From the IMG/VR virus record IMGVR_UViG_3300021961_000075, positions 4,519 to 68,518 of that record: DNA of 64,000 bases. One strand, 5' to 3'. The notes below the pieces were generated by a model. The model was given only the letters and a program-made list of their open reading frames with translations. It was not told the DNA's origin and ran no database searches. This document shows, one piece after another, positions 39,801 to 49,048 of the stretch. The stretch's first letter is position 1, and every line of letters begins with the position of its first letter. Both the position numbers and the translations under genes were made by a program. This DNA is from a virus.

Positions 39801-42800
39801 CAGAGGATGCTACCGAAGAAAACGCTGAAAAAGCAGTAAACGCTGTAACAGATGTTCTTGATAAAGCATTAAAAGAAAAACTACCTGTAATTGTTTCTAA
39901 TTTTAATAAAAGTTTAGAAAACCTTAGCGTAGAACAAAAAATAGAAAAATTAAAAATATTCTACGACAACGTTATAAAGCCATTAAAAGAAACGACTACT
40001 AAAAGTATAGTTGATTTTACTGATGCAGATGCAACGTTAAATTGGATGCTTGAAAATATACCTAATATAAAAGATAAAAATATACAATATAAGACAGAAG
40101 GTTCTGGTAGTGGTAAGTCAATCGTCTACATTACTAATAATATAAGTAAAAAATTAAGCACCTCTCCTCTTGGGCCAAAAACTAGAGATACTATAAATAA
40201 AAAAGGCAGCGCTAAAAATATCTTAGATTACTTGTATTCTAAAACAGCGGCTAGAGATATAGGTGTTGAATTAAAAAATAAAAGCAACATACAAGTAATA
40301 AGTGATAGAACAGATAAAAACATAAACTCTTTAACGGTTTTTATTACAGATATGATTGAATCTGGCCGAATAGATGAGTTATTATTAATTCTTAGACTTC
40401 AAAAAGAATCATCAATTTCTCCTTTAAGACTTTCCGCTAGATTAAAATATATACAATCAGATTTTGATTCATCTTTAGAAGACAAAAGTACTGAATCTAT
40501 AAAACAAGGAACAGGATGGACATATGAGCATGTGACAACAACGGAGACTACGTATCAAGCGCTTAAAGAAGAAATACTGGCTGGTAGAACAGAAAAAATT
40601 AGAGAAATACTTGAAAAAGGCGTGGCTGCTTATATTTCTACTAAAATAGCAAATCAAAAAATAAACAAAACAGATTACAAGCAATCTAATGGCCCTAATT
40701 TTAATATACTTACAGATGATCCACTAGAAAGACTAACTAGATTTGATATCAAAGTTGAGCCTATAGAAAACAAAATAAAAATCAAAGATCCTGTATCAAA
40801 TAAAGAAACAACGGTTTCAGACGCAAGATCACTTCGCCCACAACAAATGATTGAAGCAAAAACTGGTGGGCAAATAAAAGCCACACAAGTTATTACTAAA
40901 TCTGAAGCTAAAGCACTAGAAAGAACAAGAAAGAAGTTTTTCAGGGGTATTATTTCTCCTGGCGCAGATGACGCGCATGGACTTGTTCAAGATTTCTATA
41001 GAAAAGGAAAATTAGGAGAAGAAGATCACACTTGGTTTAAAGAAAATTTCTTTGATCTGTTTGACGACGCTTCTATAGCAATGAATAAAAACACGATTGC
41101 TAAACAACGTCATTACGAAAACATAAGAAAAAAGCACAAGCAAACTTTCAAAACCTTAAAAGAAAAAGTCATGGGTCCATTTGATAATGACATGATTTTA
41201 AGGGTATACTTGTATACTAAAGCTGGTGTGACTGCTGAGCAGTTAGGATTATCTCAAAGTCAAGTTAACGACATGATGATGTATGTTAATGACAATACTG
41301 ATCTTCTTGATTTAGCCAATGACTTAAGACAGTTAAATAGTGGCGAAGAATTTTGGATTGTACCTGAAGACCCTAAAAACTTTACAGCTGGTAGACTAGC
41401 TAACGATATAAGTGAAATATTAAACAAGAAAGATAGACAAAGATTTTTCGAAAAGTTTAATGAAGCTAAAGACGCTATATTCAGTGATGATTTCATGAAT
41501 AAAGTAGAGGCTGTTTATGGTAAAGAATTTAGAAACGCGCTGGGCGATGCTCTGTACAGAATGGAAACTGGTAGAAGCAGAAGTTCTGGCGTTGATCCAC
41601 AAGTTGGCGCGCTATGGAACTGGTTTAGAGGTTCTGTCGGTGTTACGATGTTCTTCCATACTAGATCTGCAATACTACAAACTATATCGTTTTCAAACTA
41701 TATAGATTTAGAAAACAACAATCTTATAGCCGCATCGAAAGCTTTTGCAGATCAACGTCAATTCTGGGAAGACTTTATGTTCTTAATGAAAAGTGAGTAT
41801 TTAGCCCAAAGAAGAGGTGGTCTTTCTACAGAAATAAACATGCAAGATTTAGCCGATGATTTAAACGCAGGTGGAGCAGTCGGTACAAGATCTATAATAT
41901 CTAAGCTTTTACAAGTTGGTTTTTCATTTACCCAGGCTGGTGATGCATTTGCTATATCTTTTGGCGGTGCTTCTTATTATAGAAATCAAGTTAACGCCTA
42001 CTTAAAACAAGGTCTTACAGAAGAACAAGCTCAAGAAAAAGCATTTAGAGATTTTGTTAGAAAAACAGAAGAATCTCAACAATCTTCAAGACCAGACAGG
42101 CTGTCTAAGCAGCAAGTAAGTATGTTTGGAAAGTTATTTTTAGCTTTTCAAAACATAACAGGTCAAATGACGCGTATACAGACAAAAGAAATAAAAGACG
42201 TTCTAGCTGGTAGAGGGAATAAATATCAAAAATTATCTAGGGTTGCTTATTATTTCACTATGCAGAACATAATGTTCTCTGTGTTACAAAATGCAATATT
42301 TGCGTTTATGTTCCCTGACGATGAGGAAGAAGAAGAATTATTAAAAACTAAAACTCAACGAGTAATTAATAACTCTTTAGACACTATATTAAGAGGTACG
42401 GGTGTTTATGGCGCCGTAGTTGCTATGGTTAAAAATGCAACTATGGAATTTATAGAGCAAGAGCGTAGAAGCTCTGAAGGCAAGGGTAGAGCCGATCATA
42501 TGTATACTATGATAGAAATAGCCAATGTTTCTGCACCAATAGGAATTAAAGCTAGAAAAATAGGTGCAATGATAGACTCTTATAGATACAACAAAGGTGT
42601 TCATGAAAGAATGGGTGCAGATATTGATAATCCAGCACTAGACATTATAGCCAATGGAGTTTCTGTAGGTGCCAACATTCCAGCTGATAGGATTTTAAAT
42701 AAAATAAGAAATATAAAAGCAGCTCATGACGAGCAAACAGAGACTCTTCATAAAATATTATTATTAGCTGGTTGGAATACGTGGGACTTAGGAGTCAGTG

Positions 42801-42919
42801 GTCAAAGAGAAAAAGCAGCTGAAGTAAAAAAACAAATAAGATCAGAAAAGTCTAAAACTAAAAAAGCTAAAAAATTAGAAGGTTTGTCTGAAAAAGAAAA
42901 GCTAAGCATAGGTTTTTAA
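36854..42919 (+). CDS. Giant multidomain internal virion/cargo protein (2021 aa)
   Basis: Size, helical composition, position, C-terminal hydrophobic helices; sigma-70 region-2-like segment at about 38630-38850; no RNAP DxDxD catalytic motif recognised. Confidence 0.7.
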   Translation: MLEYTVNGELYNVPEDLENKFLEKYPNAVKVETSQPGKIPPQVPGAPVETTAAPDMASKSEDTSLELQEINNEEKRKLPFLVRNELSTSGLPFTRENVDSALAKHKARTERPISEAIKEDVDKAKKDINIAKQSFSNIVSNFYNEDLVEDDPFVAALSSNMPMLQGQARFFTSPRLKRFYTSISYGTLEMLDNLGFDLDKSKAEVSKEFLEAEKRTKQVVGLTDVKGPATLLAAITGAGSEVGFSIATGLASGGYLPMAEMIGGMVTNYNVEKAKSKYKDLSEEDAVEQLIKDKDTDFWLPTTLAVPAALAERYALKGTTKFLTKNIASSGKKEIAKSILINSNKEGGTEWIQGALETATSSLGANYDLEIESVINGVSVPTKVLKSAQDAFDFAFSKQGLETYLQGLVGTGVISSSKAAIDKLGPDAYRALATTRYVMDEGKVEKLTDEIADLIEKKNTATNPEMIKIFEEQIQQKEQELKGQVINQAGFFDAFEEEDYDEIKDASKLSRAHVEKVNELRQDLNDGIIDESEYNELYNNYKDKYKQALNRIKNVVDKAKENISQKNIDISNKNEELFGIITNPESKPSQIDRARNEIALNNMGLVNNLINSKFNPATAEASGFTRDMFESAVYEEYSKLINTYNPESGVPFGAYLKQNLPKRLPRIFEQGTEKAADGGFVFKEDVSERRDIMAEESDIEVVKQEASKSMTKDLSMPADLVSEIETGVASVLATKLPPVSDPKFVKELSEAFKNKFTEIVKEQFGKKKEEFRQYLIDNFDTLFDQIPQEAFNKRLPGMFEAVTDETGRQVRERTAVGKGVFKKAQMTPEQFADYFTGEDVYASLASNRKVKLAEIVAQELGKDATAKVILNPEVATRFRQTQELLGQEVPGGFERSIALAIKRLDQLSENLEKFREGKLFSGPLGMATFIVEVFAKTLSKLLKRGMGFNKAVDAAAQKTVNDLGIESLFDKITSVFKSIFKKPEDATEENAEKAVNAVTDVLDKALKEKLPVIVSNFNKSLENLSVEQKIEKLKIFYDNVIKPLKETTTKSIVDFTDADATLNWMLENIPNIKDKNIQYKTEGSGSGKSIVYITNNISKKLSTSPLGPKTRDTINKKGSAKNILDYLYSKTAARDIGVELKNKSNIQVISDRTDKNINSLTVFITDMIESGRIDELLLILRLQKESSISPLRLSARLKYIQSDFDSSLEDKSTESIKQGTGWTYEHVTTTETTYQALKEEILAGRTEKIREILEKGVAAYISTKIANQKINKTDYKQSNGPNFNILTDDPLERLTRFDIKVEPIENKIKIKDPVSNKETTVSDARSLRPQQMIEAKTGGQIKATQVITKSEAKALERTRKKFFRGIISPGADDAHGLVQDFYRKGKLGEEDHTWFKENFFDLFDDASIAMNKNTIAKQRHYENIRKKHKQTFKTLKEKVMGPFDNDMILRVYLYTKAGVTAEQLGLSQSQVNDMMMYVNDNTDLLDLANDLRQLNSGEEFWIVPEDPKNFTAGRLANDISEILNKKDRQRFFEKFNEAKDAIFSDDFMNKVEAVYGKEFRNALGDALYRMETGRSRSSGVDPQVGALWNWFRGSVGVTMFFHTRSAILQTISFSNYIDLENNNLIAASKAFADQRQFWEDFMFLMKSEYLAQRRGGLSTEINMQDLADDLNAGGAVGTRSIISKLLQVGFSFTQAGDAFAISFGGASYYRNQVNAYLKQGLTEEQAQEKAFRDFVRKTEESQQSSRPDRLSKQQVSMFGKLFLAFQNITGQMTRIQTKEIKDVLAGRGNKYQKLSRVAYYFTMQNIMFSVLQNAIFAFMFPDDEEEEELLKTKTQRVINNSLDTILRGTGVYGAVVAMVKNATMEFIEQERRSSEGKGRADHMYTMIEIANVSAPIGIKARKIGAMIDSYRYNKGVHERMGADIDNPALDIIANGVSVGANIPADRILNKIRNIKAAHDEQTETLHKILLLAGWNTWDLGVSGQREKAAEVKKQIRSEKSKTKKAKKLEGLSEKEKLSIGF
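36961..37016 (+). promoter_or_regulatory. Predicted -1 ribosomal frameshift signal (slippery heptamer plus H-type pseudoknot)
   Basis: In-phase G_GGA_AAG at 36961-67; 6-nt spacer; stem 1 ccgcagg(36974-80)/cctgtgg(36992-98); stem 2 cgggtgc(36984-90)/gcacccg(37010-16). Confidence 0.7.
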
Positions 42920-42937
42920 AAATAATAAAATAAAAAA

Positions 42938-43093
42938 ATGGATTTACAAGATTTAAAAATATATTTACTTAATGGCTTTTCTTTAGTCATGTCTTTTACG
43001 GCTATAGAAATGACCTTAAAAATATTACTGTTAGTAGTCTCTATAGGCTATACAATACATAAGTGGTATGAAATGGCTAATAAGCGTAAGTAG
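42938..43093 (+). CDS. Small holin-like membrane protein, 51 aa (not in ORF track)
   Basis: MDLQDLKIYLLNGFSLVMSFTAIEMTLKILLLVVSIGYTIHKWYEMANKRK: hydrophobic core with a basic tail. Confidence 0.65.
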   Translation: MDLQDLKIYLLNGFSLVMSFTAIEMTLKILLLVVSIGYTIHKWYEMANKRK

Positions 43094-43523
43094 TTTATTA
43101 TTAAGTCTTTGTGTTTATTCCCAAGAAATAACCATTGGCAAGATTAGCAATAAAATAGTACATGGAGATTTAATTGGAAATAGAAACCTGGAATTTGGTA
43201 TTAAGAGCATATTAGAAGAGCTCGTACAGGATCAAGGTTATGATCTAGTTGAAAATAGTGAATCGATCCTAGAGGTCGATTTATTATATTTTGACGTTAA
43301 AAGAACCAGTACCAACGCGGCTGTTTTCACAAAAACGAACAACCAAGTTGAGATAATAGCTGAAGGTCGGTTCAATGGCAAGAAAGTAAAAGTAAAAGCT
43401 ACAGCCGACAATATTATTACGTCTACAATCATATTAAATAATCAAGGAACGTTCAATCAGCAGAGCGTTTCAACAGCTTTAAAAAGATTATGTAATCAGA
43501 TTATAGACAAACTAAAACTATGA
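43068..43523 (+). CDS. Secreted protein, possible CsgG/LptE-like alpha/beta fold
   Basis: Signal peptide ..VYS|Q; helix-strands-C-terminal helix (STALKRLCNQIIDKL). Confidence 0.55.
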   Translation: MKWLISVSSLLLSLCVYSQEITIGKISNKIVHGDLIGNRNLEFGIKSILEELVQDQGYDLVENSESILEVDLLYFDVKRTSTNAAVFTKTNNQVEIIAEGRFNGKKVKVKATADNIITSTIILNNQGTFNQQSVSTALKRLCNQIIDKLKL

Positions 43524-45235
43524 AAAAACTATTGTTTCTACTTTTGTTCCCAGTATTAACATTTGGACAAAGTTTTAACCTAAAACATGAAATACTAGAA
43601 CAAGGACCATTTGTAGTAGGAGACACAATAACAATAAAATACCAATTAATAGATAACACTAACTCCGTCACAGCAAGGCTACTTCAGTTTGATATAGGAT
43701 GGGATTTAGATAAACTAACTAGATTAGGAACACCTAACTGGCAACTTACAACCCCAGACAATAAGAGTTTTACTCATAATTATTGGTCTGGATATACATA
43801 TGTTAGCGCGCCTGGTTATGATTGGAGTGAACTAACTCAACAGCATGAAAATGGATGGACATATACTGGAGGAGGAAATGAAGGCGTAGCTAGATTTACA
43901 ATCCAAAGTGTAGACGATATTGGTCCTGAATTATTTTTACAGCAGTTTACTATAAAAGATATCACTGGTACTAACGCTACAGACTACACTGACGCTGTTA
44001 GATTTAACTGGGCGTATCTTATAGATTCAAATAACGTTAATACTTATGACGTGTTTCCAGATCCATCAAGAGAATTGGATCTTAATGCTAGCAACTCTAC
44101 CCCAGCTGGCACAGTAACGTTTCAGTTACAAACTCCAAACGCAGAAAACATATCAGATTACATGATTGTTATTGAAACCTTAGAGCAATACCAATCAATG
44201 CAAGAAGGCACTCAACAATCATATAGTTATATTCAAGGTAATTTCAATGCTTCTGCCCAGTTTATAACAACAGAACTAAAACAAGATACACCTTATATAG
44301 TAAATGTTTTTATAGCTGGTACGTATAATCAAGAAAATCAAACAAACGTATATCCTCAATGGCTAGATGATGTTGTAACTGTTTCTGATGTAATGCAGAC
44401 ATTTAAGCAAGCTATAGGCACTGAGCCAGATGGTACAGGAAATGTTTTTCAATACAACATACAAAAACGCCTAGCAAACGTAGATCAGCAAGGTCCTAAC
44501 GATCCTGTAGATTTTAAAGACAGTTATGCTTTACTAGCGCACATAGCTGGCGTATTAGATAATGCTGCGGATCAAAACAACAGTGAGGCTCAGGAATTTT
44601 ATCCTATAACTTCGTTTGCAAACGGGTCAATGAACACATCTGGTTTCTTTGACACATTTGGTACACCTATAAATTCAGAAGAAGAATGGTTAGCATCTAG
44701 AACGTTTACCTTAGAAAATGATCAACCTATCACATTTAATTTTGCACATGGATTAATGGGTGATGCAGATCTTTCTCATTCGACAACGCCAAATTTAAAT
44801 GCAGACACTGAAATATCAGCTTTAACTAAATCAAGAAGGATGCCAAATATACTTATGGCTGCACCACAAGAAACAATTGATTTAGATATTGTATCAGAAC
44901 TTGTAAACGGCGAGGTAGTACTAGAAATAAACTTAACAAAAGAAGATTTGGCTGGCATGCAATTTAACATAAGCTATGACAAGTCTATTCTAATGTTTAA
45001 AGATATAATTTTTGACACTGGAAATACTATGACAAATTTTGCCAAACACTTTGACGACGGCAGAATAAATCTTGGTACAATAAATATAAAAGAGGAAAAC
45101 GTTAAAACAGGCAAACCATTCAAACTCGTGTTTGTTCCGAAAGTATCAATTCAAAACACAGCTGGTCTTGTAACATTTAAAGTTACTGACGCTGTAAAAC
45201 ACAATGGAACAAAAGTAAACCTAAACATACAATAA
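43520..45235 (+). CDS. Secreted protein with cohesin-like and dockerin-like segments
   Basis: Signal ..TFG|Q; VGDTITIK..LQFDIGWD..L and LAGMQFNISYDKSIL cohesin-like strands; VTVSD, VDFKDSYALLAHIAG and MGDADLS dockerin/EF-like motifs. Confidence 0.6.
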   Translation: MKKLLFLLLFPVLTFGQSFNLKHEILEQGPFVVGDTITIKYQLIDNTNSVTARLLQFDIGWDLDKLTRLGTPNWQLTTPDNKSFTHNYWSGYTYVSAPGYDWSELTQQHENGWTYTGGGNEGVARFTIQSVDDIGPELFLQQFTIKDITGTNATDYTDAVRFNWAYLIDSNNVNTYDVFPDPSRELDLNASNSTPAGTVTFQLQTPNAENISDYMIVIETLEQYQSMQEGTQQSYSYIQGNFNASAQFITTELKQDTPYIVNVFIAGTYNQENQTNVYPQWLDDVVTVSDVMQTFKQAIGTEPDGTGNVFQYNIQKRLANVDQQGPNDPVDFKDSYALLAHIAGVLDNAADQNNSEAQEFYPITSFANGSMNTSGFFDTFGTPINSEEEWLASRTFTLENDQPITFNFAHGLMGDADLSHSTTPNLNADTEISALTKSRRMPNILMAAPQETIDLDIVSELVNGEVVLEINLTKEDLAGMQFNISYDKSILMFKDIIFDTGNTMTNFAKHFDDGRINLGTINIKEENVKTGKPFKLVFVPKVSIQNTAGLVTFKVTDAVKHNGTKVNLNIQ

Positions 45236-45236
45236 T

Positions 45237-45614
45237 ATGAAAAAACATTTGCTATACACGTTGTTTGCCTTAATTGCTATAACCTCTTGTGCTAAAGACG
45301 AGTTTTACATTGGCGATATTTATAATCTTGTACCAGAATCTTTAGTTATTAAAGAAAACGCTGGATTAAAACTTGAGAACTATATTGTAAAAGATCAAGT
45401 AAGCGTCAATGTTAAACTACCTTCTCAAGGCGTTTATAGAATTAGAATAGAAGATATTTCTGGCAAAGTTGTTTCTCAAGAAAAAATAACCGCGGCACAA
45501 GGAGATAACATACTTAAAGTGTACGTGAATGCTTTGCCCAAGTCTTCTTATACGTTAAAAGTTACAACAGAGTTTAATCAAAAAATAGGTGATCAAATAT
45601 TCTCAAAAATATAA
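45237..45614 (+). CDS. Lipoprotein consisting largely of a T9SS C-terminal-domain-like fold
   Basis: Lipobox ITS|C; YRIRIEDISGKVVSQ...GDNILKVYVNALPKSSYTLKV resembles a Por-secretion tail. Confidence 0.6.
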   Translation: MKKHLLYTLFALIAITSCAKDEFYIGDIYNLVPESLVIKENAGLKLENYIVKDQVSVNVKLPSQGVYRIRIEDISGKVVSQEKITAAQGDNILKVYVNALPKSSYTLKVTTEFNQKIGDQIFSKI

Positions 45615-45617
45615 ATT

Positions 45618-45911
45618 ATGAGCGAAGAAAGTGGCGGGGGATTTTTAACCCAAATAAAAAATCAAGTAATAGCTGGTGTTGGTGTAGTGTTGACTACTCT
45701 TTCAACCGTTTTTATAGATGAAATAAAATCTTTAGTTGGTATAAAAGATGAGGTAGAAGAAGTTGCGACACAAGAACAAGTTGCGCAACCAGAGATTATT
45801 ATTAATATACCTGAACAAAAGAAAGACACTGTAGTTAAAAAGGTTTATGTAGAACCTAAAAAAGAAAAAACAGAAACTGAAAAACGCAAAGATGAAGGGC
45901 TTGATTGGTAA
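45618..45911 (+). CDS. Single-pass membrane protein
   Basis: VIAGVGVVLTTLSTVFI TM segment followed by a charged tail. Confidence 0.6.
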   Translation: MSEESGGGFLTQIKNQVIAGVGVVLTTLSTVFIDEIKSLVGIKDEVEEVATQEQVAQPEIIINIPEQKKDTVVKKVYVEPKKEKTETEKRKDEGLDW

Positions 45912-46617
45912 ATTTCTATTTTTATGGTTGGCTTCAATAGGAGCTCTCTATGGACAGGTTTTAGGCAAAACCGTAACAGAAGATTACACTGCAGATTTTG
46001 AATCAAGAGAATCAATCTGGGACATCCCAGAATACAACGGGGATCCAACGACCGTGGCTTTGTTGAGTATCGGTGTTAATGACGAAGTATTAAGTCAATA
46101 CCCTGAGCTCGGAGACTACAGAGTTGGACTTGGACTTACAAATATTACTACAGCATTTTTAGAAGAAACATTTCGTTTTGAATTTGTAGAAACAAAAGAT
46201 GAAATAAAAGACCGTATGGTTAAGCAGTATAAAGCTAGCCAACGAGGCTTAACGGCTAATGAGATCAACATCGTAGGTAATATTATGCTTGCGAAGTATT
46301 TTTGTTATATAGAAGTGTATGATTTTTCTATATCAGAAGATGAAACACTTAATTTAAAAGATGGTGTAAAGAATACGCTTGTAACAAGATTAGGTTTGCA
46401 AGTTAAAATGGTTGATGCTGAGACTGGTTTATATATGACTGGCTCAGGATTAGGAAAAGCAACCACAACAAGAGAGCTAACATTACTTAATGATGAAAAC
46501 CTAGAAGACGTTAAATTTAATCAATCGTCAATAGGTACGTCTACAAAAAAGGCATTAGAAACTGCAGTTGCGAAAGTTGTAAAACGCATGATTCGCAAAG
46601 GCGTATTTGATCACTAA
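45892..46617 (+). CDS. CsgG/HfaB-family (curli transport-like) secreted protein
   Basis: Signal ..LYG|Q; FRFEFVE, AKYFCYIEVYDF, RLGLQVKMVDAETG, KKALETAVAKVV follow the CsgG-fold pattern. Confidence 0.65.
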   Translation: MKGLIGKFLFLWLASIGALYGQVLGKTVTEDYTADFESRESIWDIPEYNGDPTTVALLSIGVNDEVLSQYPELGDYRVGLGLTNITTAFLEETFRFEFVETKDEIKDRMVKQYKASQRGLTANEINIVGNIMLAKYFCYIEVYDFSISEDETLNLKDGVKNTLVTRLGLQVKMVDAETGLYMTGSGLGKATTTRELTLLNDENLEDVKFNQSSIGTSTKKALETAVAKVVKRMIRKGVFDH

Positions 46618-47960
46618 TGAAATGGTGGTATACTTTATATTTATTTTTTCTATTTATTTTATCGGCGCACTCGCAATCTTTAGTTCAGACATTTGTAGAT
46701 CGCTGCACTGGAGAAATAAAAACAATAGTCATACCGCTTGAAGGTTCTACAGTTGTGGTTTTTTACAACAGATCAAGATCGTTTACTTTTAACGATGTAA
46801 GGTCTGGTGAATTACAGGCTTGGTTAGAAGAAACATATGCTTGGTGGCAATCATTATCACCTTGCTCTACAAATCAAGTCGCACAAACAGCAACTCAAAC
46901 AACTACACAAAATGCAACACAAAACACGGCCTCTACAGCGGCTAGTTCAGTTAGCCCGCCAACTCAAGGAACGAATACAACAAGTCAAAGCAGTGGTACA
47001 GCGACTCAAAGCGGTAATACTGAATCTAGCTCATCAGCAGGAACAGGGGAAACCTCTAACTCCGGTGGAAGCAACGATTCAGGAGGTGACGGAGGCAGCC
47101 AAGAGTCTCAGGGAGAAACCAGTGAAGGAGAAAGTCAAGAGGGGAACGATAGTTCAGGAGATGACTCCGAGTCAACAGAAGAAAGCTCAGAAGGAGAAGA
47201 AAGTGAGAATGAAGAGGATTCAAATGATGATGATGATGGAGAAGAATCTGAAGATGAAGAAGACAGTGGGTCGGGATCAAAAAAATCAAACCCTGTAATT
47301 GTAGCCGCTAACATAGCTACAATGTCTGCCTTAGATGGCTCTATAAACTTAGTAACAAATGTGGGCTTATCTCAAGCGAGTTTATCTGGTGATACTAGTA
47401 ATTCCTTGAATATTATGATATGGGATAACCTACAGCAATTTAATCTCAATATAGCCACTTCTTTTATGAATAAAGAACAACAGGTGATTATTAGAGATGG
47501 AAACAAAACAAAAACTACGGGTGGAAATGTAAAAAGCGTAGTTACTACATCATTAAACGCAATGTATTCATTTGGTACTTTGAATGCGGCTTTTGGAAAA
47601 AGCAAGGTTTATTTGATGAAAAATAACTTAGCGGCTGGTTGGGCTTCTAATATTATGGCGATGAAAATCCAAAAAGATTTTATGTTTATGCCAACAATGA
47701 TAGGGTTTGCTACTAAGCCTTATGTTTTTTACAAGTACACTGTTTCACCCATGCTGGCTACGGCTTTAAATCCAGTTATGTATTCTACGAGTACAAAACA
47801 ATTTACTTATAATACAAACGCTATGTTCATTATAGGTTCAAGTGGAAGTTTTAATCTTACTAAAAACTTTTATGTAAACTTAGGATTTAATATTATAGAA
47901 AGTACGGCTAACCTACCTATGACATGGGCGGCAACTATAGGAAGCAGATTCCAATTTTAA
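46617..47960 (+). CDS. Outer-membrane beta-barrel-like protein with an S/T- then D/E-rich disordered linker
   Basis: Signal ..AHS|Q; amphipathic strands in the C-terminal half; ends TIGSRFQF (terminal aromatic, BAM beta-signal-like). Confidence 0.6.
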   Translation: MKWWYTLYLFFLFILSAHSQSLVQTFVDRCTGEIKTIVIPLEGSTVVVFYNRSRSFTFNDVRSGELQAWLEETYAWWQSLSPCSTNQVAQTATQTTTQNATQNTASTAASSVSPPTQGTNTTSQSSGTATQSGNTESSSSAGTGETSNSGGSNDSGGDGGSQESQGETSEGESQEGNDSSGDDSESTEESSEGEESENEEDSNDDDDGEESEDEEDSGSGSKKSNPVIVAANIATMSALDGSINLVTNVGLSQASLSGDTSNSLNIMIWDNLQQFNLNIATSFMNKEQQVIIRDGNKTKTTGGNVKSVVTTSLNAMYSFGTLNAAFGKSKVYLMKNNLAAGWASNIMAMKIQKDFMFMPTMIGFATKPYVFYKYTVSPMLATALNPVMYSTSTKQFTYNTNAMFIIGSSGSFNLTKNFYVNLGFNIIESTANLPMTWAATIGSRFQF

Positions 47961-47982
47961 AACTAACTAACTAAACTAAACT

Positions 47983-48210
47983 ATGGCTTTTAAAGACATT
48001 TTTAAAGACGAAAACGAAATCAACGAAAAATCAGTTGTTGGTTTTGCTTCATTTGCAATTATGGTAATATTTGCTCTTGCAGATATTGTTACAGGATTTA
48101 TTGGTAAAGATCTTGTGGTCCAAGAATTTATTTATAACAGTTTTGTTATAATTACGCTTGGATCTTTTGGTATTGGTGAAGCAGGTAAAATATTTGGTAA
48201 AAAAGAATAA
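47983..48210 (+). CDS. Two-TM holin-like protein
   Basis: 75 aa, two hydrophobic helices, directly upstream of the endolysin. Confidence 0.65.
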   Translation: MAFKDIFKDENEINEKSVVGFASFAIMVIFALADIVTGFIGKDLVVQEFIYNSFVIITLGSFGIGEAGKIFGKKE

Positions 48211-48211
48211 T

Positions 48212-48706
48212 ATGGCATTTATAAAACCTAAAGGTATTATCGTACACTCAATGGCAGAATATTTAAAAATGCCTGAGGGTCCAATGGGAGCGCATGACTT
48301 TTTAAAGTCTGTAAACCTATCAGTACATGGTTTCATTCATCCAAATGGAACTTATGAGAAAATGATTGAAACACCTAACAAAGCTGCACATGCTGGTAAA
48401 TCTAAATGGGGTGATTTAGAAATGTTAAACGGGCATTTTCTAGGTTTTGAACTATTAGTGCCAGGTGAACATGACTTCTGTACGTTCTCAAAAGCTATTG
48501 AAACAGCTGGCACTTATACTCAAGCTCAGTTTGACAAAGCTGTTGAGGTATGCCAATGGTGGATTAAAGAGTATAATATTCCTGTAGAAAACGTAGTTAG
48601 ACACTCAGACTGTTCTGGTGACGACGTAAGAGGTAAAGGTCAAGGTAAAACAGATCCAGGCTCTGCGTTTGATTGGGATGCTTTTAAAAAAGCTTTAGTA
48701 GCATAA
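48212..48706 (+). CDS. Endolysin, N-acetylmuramoyl-L-alanine amidase (Amidase_2 type); start reassigned to 48212
   Basis: IIVHS, AAHAG, LGFEL, RHSD, KTDPG motifs. Confidence 0.88.
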   Translation: MAFIKPKGIIVHSMAEYLKMPEGPMGAHDFLKSVNLSVHGFIHPNGTYEKMIETPNKAAHAGKSKWGDLEMLNGHFLGFELLVPGEHDFCTFSKAIETAGTYTQAQFDKAVEVCQWWIKEYNIPVENVVRHSDCSGDDVRGKGQGKTDPGSAFDWDAFKKALVA

Positions 48707-48709
48707 AAC

Positions 48710-49048
48710 ATGAATAGAGCAAGTATTATATTGCTCTGTATTACGACTTTAGTTATATTTTTTATTTTAAAAGAACAACCTAAGCTTGATATACAGAAGT
48801 ATGAGGATCAGATCAATATGCTTCAATCTGAAATAAATCTATTAGAAACAGCTAATGATAGCTTAATAGTTAAAGCTGCTATTTTAAGTGAAAAAGTAAC
48901 TGAGTATGATAATACTATAGAACAGCTTAATAATAAAATAGATGTTATACAAGATGAAACTAAAAAGAAACTTGATTCTATTGATCGTTATAACAATGAT
49001 CAGCTTCAAAAGTTTTTCGCAAATAGATACAAAGATACTATTAAGTGA
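48710..49048 (+). CDS. i-spanin-like protein
   Basis: N-terminal TM plus coiled coil, after the endolysin. Confidence 0.6.
   Translation: MNRASIILLCITTLVIFFILKEQPKLDIQKYEDQINMLQSEINLLETANDSLIVKAAILSEKVTEYDNTIEQLNNKIDVIQDETKKKLDSIDRYNNDQLQKFFANRYKDTIK

Noticed and set aside
36854-42919. Virion RNA polymerase
   Set aside because: No DxDxD/DFDID catalytic motif was recognised in the translation.
46837-47298. 153-aa alternative-frame K/Q-rich ORF
   Set aside because: Explained as the shadow of a low-complexity S/T/E linker; no recognisable motif or convincing leader.
74-49000. Numerous minus-strand ORFs in the structural arm (and plus-strand ORFs in the replication arm)
   Set aside because: They are antisense shadows of well-supported genes, with no motifs.
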